A stretch of DNA of 32,000 bases from Kineococcus radiotolerans SRS30216 = ATCC BAA-149 (GTDB lineage: Bacteria > Actinomycetota > Actinomycetes > Actinomycetales > Kineococcaceae): the NCBI RefSeq assembly GCF_000017305.1, contig NC_009664.2, positions 1,920,001-1,952,000 of the forward strand. Direction: 5' to 3'. The translations under genes and the position numbers were made by a program. This document shows, piece after piece, positions 24,092 to 30,784 of this stretch. Every line of letters begins with the position of its first letter. Position 1 is the stretch's first letter. The notes beneath the pieces were generated by a model that ran no database searches, had not been told where the DNA came from, and saw only the letters and a program-made list of their open reading frames with translations.

Positions 24092-25291
24092 GTGTCGGTC
24101 CGGGCTGACAGGGTGCGGATCATGCACCTCCTCGACGCTCTCAGCGCGGTCGGTCGTGTCCTGCTGGTGACGTCCGTGCTCGTGAGCGCGCAGGCCGTCC
24201 TGCTCGTGTCCGTCGAGCGGTGGTTGATCGGCTCCGGTCCCCGGGCGGCGGCGAAGGGACCGGGGGACGGTCGTGCGTCCGGGCGGCCAACGCGCGGGTT
24301 CCGCGCGAGGGGATCGCGTTGCCTCGTCATCGCCGGCGTGGTGCTGTTCCAGGCGATGGTGGTGGGCTCGGCCCTCGACGCCGCTTCCACGACGCGAACC
24401 CCGGGACGGATCACCTTGGTGATCACTGCAGTGGTGCTGACCGCGGTTCCCACGACTCACGCGGCCCTGACCTGGAGGGCGCTGATCAACGCCGATCGTT
24501 GGTGGGACCGCACGGTGCCCGTGACCGCGACCCCCCACGACCGGCGGGCCCGACGCCACCTGATGGAGGCGACCATCCCCCACCTCAACCACGGTGTCTT
24601 CGTGTGCGGCGCGGTCCTGCCGGGCGTGGCACAGTGCTTCGTGTCGTACCTGCCGTCGATCACGGCAACAGTGCCGGACACGGATCCCGTGCTCGAGATC
24701 ATGGTCCTCCTCATCGCGGTGATCTCAGTGAGTGGCGTCGCGTGGAAGGTCGTCCACGTCCTCAACCCACTGGCCCCGTTCACCGGCCTGGTGCTGCGGG
24801 ACTGTGGGAAGCCGTGGAGCGACTGGCAGGGCGCGCGCCTGCGTCCTCTCGACCTGCGCAGTTCCGCCGCGGCGTTGTGGCGGTGGGAACGCCGGGAACT
24901 CCGCCGGGTTCCCCCGTCGCTGCGGGATGGGCACGCAGAAGCCTTCCACCAAGCGTGCGAGGCACTGCGCCTGCTGGACGACAGGCGTCACACCGACGCG
25001 GGAGCCGCCGTGACCGCACGCACCCTGTGCGGGCAGGTGGTCATCGCCACCCTCGCCACCGACCACCGGTTGGCCACTCGCGTCGCGGCGAGGGCCGTCC
25101 CGTCCCGGCTGCGCACCACGCCGCCCCACCCACCGGTTCGTTCTCGCTGGGCGGGTGCCGTCGACGTGGTGTTGACCCGAGCCGTCACCGTGCTGACGTT
25201 CGTCTCCTGCCTCATCACCGTGCTCGCCCTCGTCCTGGCCCTCGTGGGCGGGGCGGGTTTCGCCGACGCGTGGAAGGACTTCCGGCTGTGA
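24092..25291 (+). CDS. Hypothetical polytopic membrane protein (about 6 TM) with a ~130-aa soluble insert; no recognisable domain
   Basis: Track ORF 24092..25291. GC3 is clearly elevated in this frame and not in the overlapping ORFs. TM candidates: VGRVLLVTSVLVSAQAVLLVSV, CLVIAGVVLFQAMVVGSAL, ITLVITAVVLTAV, GVFVCGAVLPGVAQCFVSYL, VLEIMVLLIAVISVSGVAW, VTVLTFVSCLITVLALVLALVGGAGF. The start is uncertain (GTG 24092, GTG 24113 or ATG 24122). Confidence 0.65.
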   Translation: MSVRADRVRIMHLLDALSAVGRVLLVTSVLVSAQAVLLVSVERWLIGSGPRAAAKGPGDGRASGRPTRGFRARGSRCLVIAGVVLFQAMVVGSALDAASTTRTPGRITLVITAVVLTAVPTTHAALTWRALINADRWWDRTVPVTATPHDRRARRHLMEATIPHLNHGVFVCGAVLPGVAQCFVSYLPSITATVPDTDPVLEIMVLLIAVISVSGVAWKVVHVLNPLAPFTGLVLRDCGKPWSDWQGARLRPLDLRSSAAALWRWERRELRRVPPSLRDGHAEAFHQACEALRLLDDRRHTDAGAAVTARTLCGQVVIATLATDHRLATRVAARAVPSRLRTTPPHPPVRSRWAGAVDVVLTRAVTVLTFVSCLITVLALVLALVGGAGFADAWKDFRL

Positions 25292-25296
25292 GTTCG

Positions 25297-27066
25297 TCAG
25301 GTGGTGCGGCGGGGGCCGCCGGTGGGGACGTAGAAGAACCCGGCCCCCCGCCGGACCTCGCGTCCGGGGGCCAGCACGCCTTCCGCTTCCAGGTCCTTCA
25401 GCACCCGCTGCAGGTTGGTGGGGTGAGCGCCCACGATGCCGGCCAGTTCACTGGAACTGATGCGACCGCGGTGCTCGGCCCACGACCGGGCGATGGCTGA
25501 GCGGCTGGGACGACGGCGCTGCGGGGCGCCGAGACGCTCGTCGCGGTCGGCGAGGACGGCGAGCGCGGCGGGGGTGATGGTCCAGGCGGGAGGCTCGTTC
25601 GCCGGCGACCCCGCGACACCGGCGGTGAGGGGGACTCCCGCGACTTGGACGTCCTCCAGCCGGTGCAGGACGTCCTCCGCTTCCGCGCTGGACCGCTGGA
25701 TGAGCGGAGCGGCGACCCGTGCGTCGATCCACCAGTGGCTGACGAGGTGCTGGACGACGAGCAGCGCGTCGAGGTCGTTCGCGGTCCGCGCGGGGTCCAG
25801 TTCGTGGAGGAACGCCATCCACCCCTCGTCCAGGCGGGTGCCGATGAGGACGGCGCGGACGAGCGGCCCGGGGACTTCCTCGATGGAGGGCGCGGGGTGG
25901 CCGAGGCGGATCATGTCGCCGACCATCCGGTCGACGCCGATGCCTTCGAGCTCGGCCACCCGGAGCCGGGCCAGCAGGTCCGCCAGCGCCCGGTTCCGTG
26001 GCTGGGAGGGGTGGGTGATGATGTTTCTGCTGGTGATCCCGCCGATGAACCCCCCGGGTGAGGTGACGACGAGCCGGGAACCGATGTGCTCGACGTGCAC
26101 CGGGTCGACGGTCGACCAGTCGCGGTGGGCGACGCCGTTGACGAGCGCCTCACGGGCAGCGCGGGGCGGCAGGGAGCGGACCTGCCGGTTGACGAGCCCC
26201 CGGGGAAGGTGGCGGACCGGGTTGGACGCCTCGATGGCGCGGTCCACCTCGTAGAGCTCCTCGAGGAGTCCTCGTCCCGCTTCCCGGATGCGTTGCAGGC
26301 TGTCCCCACCGGCGACCTCGCGCCGGACGTAGTCGATGCCGGGGACGTCCCGGCCGACGAAGGCGATGACACCGGCGTTGGTGAGGGTGCCCGCCGGCGT
26401 GACCACGTTCAGTCGCCGCAGCAGGTCGCTGTCGGACGCGGCCGCGAGGTCCAGGTTCTTCTCCTCCCCCGCCGCGGTCAGGAAGTCCCGCGCCCGTTGC
26501 AGCGCCGTGCTGCGGGCGGCGTCGAGCGCGAGCCCGGAGTCCTGCGCGGACCAGTCCCAGCCGCTGCGACGACGGCGCTGCTCCTCCCAGGTCGTCGCGT
26601 CGACCTCGACGCAACTGTCGGCGACGCGGTGGTGGTACTTGTGGTCGTACATGACCGGGTGGACCGCTTCGGGGCTGCGGACGAGGAGCAGCCGGACACC
26701 CCGGCACAGCACGGGCGTGACGTCCGCGGTGAGACGGCGGTCGGTCAGGTCGTAGATCTTCCGACGCAGCCACTGGGCGTCGAGCTCGGTGCCGATGAGC
26801 GTCCCGTCGTCGGCGACCCCGACGACGAGGACGCCACCTCCCGGGGTGTTGGCCATGCAGGCCGCTTCCCCGGCCAGGACGCGGGCCGCCCGGTCGTTCT
26901 CGGTGGCACCGGGGAGGATGGTCGGGCCCTTGCGCCGGCCGGCCTCCTCCTTGAGGTCGACGTGGAGGGACTCCAGACCACGGACGGGGCCGGTGGCGGA
27001 GTCCAGGACCATCAGGACGCGGCGCACCTCCTCGCCGACGGGGTCCGGACCGAAGGAAAGTGTCAC
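25297..27066 (-). CDS. COG2865-type protein: AlbA_2/Schlafen-like (divergent AAA) N-domain, HATPase_c_4-like middle domain, C-terminal winged-helix HTH
   Basis: Part of track ORF 25297..27246. The stretch upstream of ~27066 contains an AT-rich palindrome and is not coding-like. Candidate starts are the GTG at 27066 or the ATG at 27012. N-domain: ESLHVDLKEE ... GGVLVVGVADDGTLIG. Middle: REALVNGVAHRDW ... HIGSRLVVTSPGG ... SQPRNRALADLLARL...E..G.G..RM. C-terminus: ELAGIVGAHPTNLQRVLKDLEAEGVL. Confidence 0.8.
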   Translation of the reverse strand: MTLSFGPDPVGEEVRRVLMVLDSATGPVRGLESLHVDLKEEAGRRKGPTILPGATENDRAARVLAGEAACMANTPGGGVLVVGVADDGTLIGTELDAQWLRRKIYDLTDRRLTADVTPVLCRGVRLLLVRSPEAVHPVMYDHKYHHRVADSCVEVDATTWEEQRRRRSGWDWSAQDSGLALDAARSTALQRARDFLTAAGEEKNLDLAAASDSDLLRRLNVVTPAGTLTNAGVIAFVGRDVPGIDYVRREVAGGDSLQRIREAGRGLLEELYEVDRAIEASNPVRHLPRGLVNRQVRSLPPRAAREALVNGVAHRDWSTVDPVHVEHIGSRLVVTSPGGFIGGITSRNIITHPSQPRNRALADLLARLRVAELEGIGVDRMVGDMIRLGHPAPSIEEVPGPLVRAVLIGTRLDEGWMAFLHELDPARTANDLDALLVVQHLVSHWWIDARVAAPLIQRSSAEAEDVLHRLEDVQVAGVPLTAGVAGSPANEPPAWTITPAALAVLADRDERLGAPQRRRPSRSAIARSWAEHRGRISSSELAGIVGAHPTNLQRVLKDLEAEGVLAPGREVRRGAGFFYVPTGGPRRTT

Positions 27067-27089
27067 GGGTGACCCCCAAGGCCAGTCGC

Positions 27090-27115
27090 CATACTTTATC
27101 GAAGAAAAAAGTATG
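27090..27115. promoter_or_regulatory. AT-rich perfect inverted repeat CATACTTT-N10-AAAGTATG in the COG2865 / S8-protease divergent region
   Basis: Read directly from the sequence. On the minus strand it overlaps a TAAAGT -10-like hexamer about 30 nt upstream of the GTG at 27066. It is the most AT-rich 30 bp in this part of the window. Confidence 0.45.
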
Positions 27116-27362
27116 ACAGGGGCCGCGGCGGGCCACCACCCCGCACTTTCGCCGCCCCGCCCGCACCCCGCACCGGGGGCTGACCAAGCGCCCGGGGCGC
27201 CTTCGCCTGCGCCTGCTGCCCGGGACGCGGCTGGGTGAGCGATCACCCGATCGGGTCATCAACGGCGAACCGGCGCCTCCCGACACCTCGGGCGGAGGAG
27301 GTCCGCGCCAGCAGCCCGGGTCGATCCCACCGCCCTGGGCCGCCGAACGAGGAGATGACCCC

Positions 27363-29903
27363 ATGAGCGCCTTCCGGGCCACCGGCGACGTCCGCGGAAC
27401 CGCGAGCCGCCCCCGCCGCGCAGCGTTGCGCATCGCGCTCGCCACCACGATCACCGCCGCCACCCTGGGCGGGGTGACGGTCCCCGCCCAGGCGACCGGG
27501 ACGACGGGTGACCTGGCGGAACTGCCCTCCGCGGTGCGTTCGGACCTGTCCCCGCGCGAGGTCTCCGCGTTCGGCAGCGCCACCGCCGGCTCGGGGCACG
27601 ACGTGATCGTCGTGGTCCCCGCCGGCGGCTCGTACCGCACCACCACCGTCTCCAGCGGCTCGGAGTCCGACGCGGTCCGTGCCGCGTCGATCCTCGTGAA
27701 CCAGCCCTCCGTGGTAGCCGCCGGTCCCGACGTGGAGGTCTTCCCCGCCGTCCTGCCCCCGTCCGCGGGCGCCGACCGCCGCGGCGAGCAGTGGGACTAC
27801 CGGCGCACGGGCGCCGGCGTCCACGACGCCTGGCTGGCCGACAAGATCGGCGACGTCACCGTCGGCGTGATCGACACCGGCCTCGCCCCGCACGCCGACT
27901 TCGCCCCCGGCACCGTCGTGGGCGGCTACGACTTCACCGCGGAGAAGGACTACACCTCCGACGGCAACGGCCACGGCACCCACGTCGCCGGGACGATCGC
28001 CGCCACCACCGGCAACACCGGCGTGGACGGGTTCGCGCCGGGCGTGAAGCTGCGGATCTACCGCGTCTTCCCCGACTCCGGGGCCGGTTCGACCCAGGAC
28101 ATCATCGACGCGATCAAGCGCGCCGCCGACGAGGGCGTGGACGTCGTCAACCTGAGCCTCGTCATGGGCCCGGCCTCCAACACCCTCACCGCCGGCGTGG
28201 TCCAGACCGCGGTCGACTACGCGCGCGCCAAGGGGGTCGTGGTCGTCGCGGCCGCCGGCAACTACGGGGCGCCCTGCGGCATCGGCCAGAACCCCGACAC
28301 CTGCGGGAACCCCGTCATGCTCCCGGCGTCCCTGCCGGGCGTGATCGGCGTCAGTTCCATCGACCCCGCCGCCGCCCTCTCCCCGTTCTCCGAGCACGGC
28401 AACCAGATCGACGTCGCGGCCCCCGGGTCGCAGATCGTCTCCACCTACATCGGTTCCACCACCGCCTACGCCACGATGCAGGGCACCTCCATGGCCGCCC
28501 CGCACGTCGCGGCCGTGGCCGCCACCGTCAAGGCCGTCAGCAAGGGCTTCACCCCCGACCAGGTCGAGGCGATCCTGGAGTCCTCGGCCGAGGACCTCGG
28601 GACCGCCGGCCGCGACGACCGGTTCGGCGCGGGCCTGGTGCGTTCCGACACCGCCGTCACCGCGGCGCGCGCCGCCCTCCCCCGGGTGAACGCCGCGCCC
28701 ACCGCGTCGGCCGTCACGCAGGACGTGCTCAACGACCGGTCCGTCACCGTCGACGTCCTGGCCCACGCCACCGACCCCGACGGGAACCCGCTGACGCTCG
28801 CAGGCGTGAGCGCCCCTGCGCACGGCACCGCGACCGTCGTGGACGGGAAGGTCCAGTACCGGGCCATGGCGGGCTACACGGGCTCCGACGCGTTCACCTA
28901 CACGGTGACCGACGGTTCCCTCACCGCCACGGGCACCGTGACCCTCACCGTCGCCGCCCCGCCGGTCGTGGTCCAGCCGCTCCCGGCCCCGCCGGTGGTC
29001 GTCGCCCCGCCCGCGGCGCCGCCCGTGGCGGCACCGCCCGCCCCGGCTCCCCTGGCGCCGGCTCCTCCCGTCGTGACGCCCCCCGTCGCGGTCCCGCCGG
29101 CCCCGACCCCGCCGGTGGTCGTTCCCACCCCGGCCCCGAGCCCGGTGAAGCCGGCCACCCCGAGTCCGGGCCGGCCCGTCGACCTCGGCGGCGGCGCCAA
29201 GCAGTACGCCGGCGCCGACGGGCGGCCCACCACCGTCCACGGCGCGATCGGGGTGACCTACTCCGCCAAGGGCGGTGACACCGGCGTCCTCGGCGCCCCC
29301 CGCGGGAAGGAGTTCGCCGTGAAGGCGTCCTCCGGGACCGACGGGCGCGTCCAGCGGTTCGCCGCCAACGACGGCCTCGTCTACTGGTCCAGCAGCACCG
29401 GCGCCCACGAGGTGCACGGCGCGATCTCGCGCCGCTTCGGCCAGCTCGGCTGGGAGGGTTCCGGGCTGGGCTTCCCCACCACCGACGAGTTCCCGATCCG
29501 CGGCGGCGCCGCCAGCCACTTCCAGGGCGGCTCCATCTACTGGAGCGCCGCCACCGGCGCGCAGGTCGTGAAGGGCGCCATCCGCGACCGCTGGGCCGCC
29601 ATGGGCTGGGAGACCTCCCACCTCGGTCTCCCCACCAGGGAGGAGTTCCCCATCCGCAGCGCCGACGGCACCGTCGGGCGCGTCCAGGCCTTCACCGGCG
29701 GCCTCGTCTACTGGAGCCCCGCCACCGGCGCGCAGCCCGTCTCCGGCTCGTTCCAGGGGTACTACGCCGGCCAAGGCTGGGAACGCGGGAACCTCGGCTA
29801 CCCCGTCTCCGCGGAACTGCCCACGGCCACCGGGGTGGTGCAGCGGTTCCAGGGCGGGACGCTGACGTGGGACCGGGCGAGCGGGCGGGTGATACGCCAT
29901 TGA
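27363..29903 (+). CDS. Secreted, wall-anchored subtilisin-like S8 peptidase: signal peptide, propeptide, S8 catalytic domain, cadherin/Ig-like domain, Pro-rich linker, four LGFP-type repeats
   Basis: Track ORF 27363..29903, with GAGGAG 8 nt upstream. Signal SRPRRAALRIALATTITAATLGGVTVPAQA. Triad motifs VGVIDTGL, HGTHVAGTIAA, GTSMAAPHVAAVAA. Ig-like segment ATDPDGNPLTL...DAFTYTVTDG. The linker (~28940..29165) is (P-A/P-V)n. Four repeats have the form (H/K/S)GAI...(Y/F/W)...G...G.LG(F/L/Y/A)P...E......G..Q.F.GG.(I/V/L)YWS..TGA..V. Confidence 0.9.
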   Translation: MSAFRATGDVRGTASRPRRAALRIALATTITAATLGGVTVPAQATGTTGDLAELPSAVRSDLSPREVSAFGSATAGSGHDVIVVVPAGGSYRTTTVSSGSESDAVRAASILVNQPSVVAAGPDVEVFPAVLPPSAGADRRGEQWDYRRTGAGVHDAWLADKIGDVTVGVIDTGLAPHADFAPGTVVGGYDFTAEKDYTSDGNGHGTHVAGTIAATTGNTGVDGFAPGVKLRIYRVFPDSGAGSTQDIIDAIKRAADEGVDVVNLSLVMGPASNTLTAGVVQTAVDYARAKGVVVVAAAGNYGAPCGIGQNPDTCGNPVMLPASLPGVIGVSSIDPAAALSPFSEHGNQIDVAAPGSQIVSTYIGSTTAYATMQGTSMAAPHVAAVAATVKAVSKGFTPDQVEAILESSAEDLGTAGRDDRFGAGLVRSDTAVTAARAALPRVNAAPTASAVTQDVLNDRSVTVDVLAHATDPDGNPLTLAGVSAPAHGTATVVDGKVQYRAMAGYTGSDAFTYTVTDGSLTATGTVTLTVAAPPVVVQPLPAPPVVVAPPAAPPVAAPPAPAPLAPAPPVVTPPVAVPPAPTPPVVVPTPAPSPVKPATPSPGRPVDLGGGAKQYAGADGRPTTVHGAIGVTYSAKGGDTGVLGAPRGKEFAVKASSGTDGRVQRFAANDGLVYWSSSTGAHEVHGAISRRFGQLGWEGSGLGFPTTDEFPIRGGAASHFQGGSIYWSAATGAQVVKGAIRDRWAAMGWETSHLGLPTREEFPIRSADGTVGRVQAFTGGLVYWSPATGAQPVSGSFQGYYAGQGWERGNLGYPVSAELPTATGVVQRFQGGTLTWDRASGRVIRH

Positions 29904-29979
29904 GTCAATGGACCACAAAACCCTCGTCGGACACGCTCTGGACCCTCTGTTCGCGTATGGCCAGCGATGCCTTGAGAGA

Positions 29980-30497
29980 GTGAGCGTCGCCGTCATTGCA
30001 TTGACCCTGCTTTGGCGGCACCGCGCTACGGCTGGGCGGAAGGCCCGCTGAGGTGCGGATGGTCGTGCAGTAGCAGCTCGAACACGCCGGGCCCAGCGGG
30101 CCGGGCTCGTGGTGGCAACCGCCCTAGCCGGGTTCACCCTCGCCCTCGTCGCCTCCCCGCTGAAGCTGCCTCACTACCACGACGTATGGGTGCCGCCGCT
30201 AATTATGGGGGCCGCCGCCGTCGCCCTGCACCGCCTCGTCACCGGATCGCGCGGGTCCCGCGTCGTCGCTGTCACGGCGGGCCTGGTGCTCCTGGCCCTC
30301 GCCGGGCAGCAGGGGCTGAACGTCGCCACCACCGCTCCCGCGGATTGCCGGCTGGTGGGAGTCGAGCTGCGGCGGCTGCCGGTGGGGTCTCGTGGTGTCG
30401 TGGGCGGACACTGAGCGCCGCAGCGCTACGCCCCCGGCCTTGTCTACGTCGGGGGGCGGTTCCAGACTGCACGGCCGCGGCGCTGGTGGTGGACACT
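29980..30497 (+). pseudogene. Decayed fragment of a GT39/PMT_2 glycosyltransferase gene, homologous to 23219..23955
   Basis: It aligns to the intact gene with two internal gaps of roughly 65 and 135 bp, a 3-bp insertion, and 2-bp and 1-bp deletions near 30388 and 30411. There is a premature TGA at 30049..30051, and a TGG-to-TAG change at 30071..30073. It lacks the 5-prime two-thirds of the gene. Its tail after 30497 (..TRHCHPWCNSKVKRFH*) is unrelated to the intact gene's tail. Confidence 0.8.
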
Positions 30498-30710
30498 CGG
30501 CACTGCCACCCATGGTGCAATAGCAAGGTGAAGCGCTTCCACTGAGCCTTAGCGACAGAATTGGCCTACGCCGACCCCTGATTTTGAAAGCCGCCGCCGT
30601 CACGTCTTAGCAATATGGCTGTATATTTACATACCATCATTATCAGCACACTGCCCACGGCGGACTGCCGCCCCTCGTATTTCACCGCCTACACCGATCA
30701 ATACGCCAGA

Positions 30711-30771
30711 GGCCCCGACCCTCCAAGGAGAGCCGGGGCCTCGAACTCACGTCACCCGGTCAATAGACCGG
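30711..30771 (-). terminator. Two hairpins immediately downstream of the surface-protein gene
   Basis: On the minus strand after the stop at 30785: CCGGTC-tatt-GACCGG (30756..30771), then GGCCCCG-N16-CGGGGCC (30711..30740). Confidence 0.45.
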
Positions 30772-30784
30772 CCCTGACGATTGC

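Larger units (their letters stand above)
24068..29979. other. Roughly 5.9 kb lower-G+C insert bounded by the intact GT39 gene end and the decayed GT39 fragment (candidate genomic islet; no recombinase seen)
   Basis: It is bounded by the repeat pair 23219..23955 / 29980..30497. A/T-ending codons are visibly more frequent than in the flanks. The three cargo genes are unrelated to the neighbouring functions. Confidence 0.45.

Noticed and set aside
25297-27246. The full 649-aa version of the COG2865 ORF starting at 27246.
   Set aside because: The extra 60 codons span the AT-rich palindrome at 27090..27115 and lack coding-like composition. Starts at 27066 (GTG) or 27012 (ATG) are more plausible.
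25297-29903. Interpreting the COG2865 ATPase plus S8 protease as an ietAS-like ATPase/subtilase defence pair.
   Set aside because: The protease has a signal peptide, a Pro-rich stalk and LGFP wall-binding repeats, so it acts outside the cell. The genes are divergent rather than co-transcribed, and the ATPase is of the AlbA_2/HATPase_c_4 type with an HTH.
24068-29979. Calling the insert an integrative mobile element or prophage remnant.
   Set aside because: I can see no integrase, transposase, relaxase, phage structural gene, tRNA target or short terminal inverted/direct repeats. Only the large degraded gene duplication marks it, so I leave it as an islet of unknown mechanism.
27243-30137. 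964-aa minus-strand ORF, and the 495-aa ORF at 27791..29278.
   Set aside because: These are antisense or off-frame shadows of the S8-LGFP protease gene. They have no motifs and an R/G/D-rich composition.
30109-30414. 101-aa ORF (MVATALAGFTLALVASPLKLP...) that could be called as a small membrane protein. The overlapping ORF 30012..30545 was considered too.
   Set aside because: It is simply the longest open stretch of the decayed GT39 fragment. It has no RBS or promoter context and has frameshifts and stops on both sides. I report it as a pseudogene instead.
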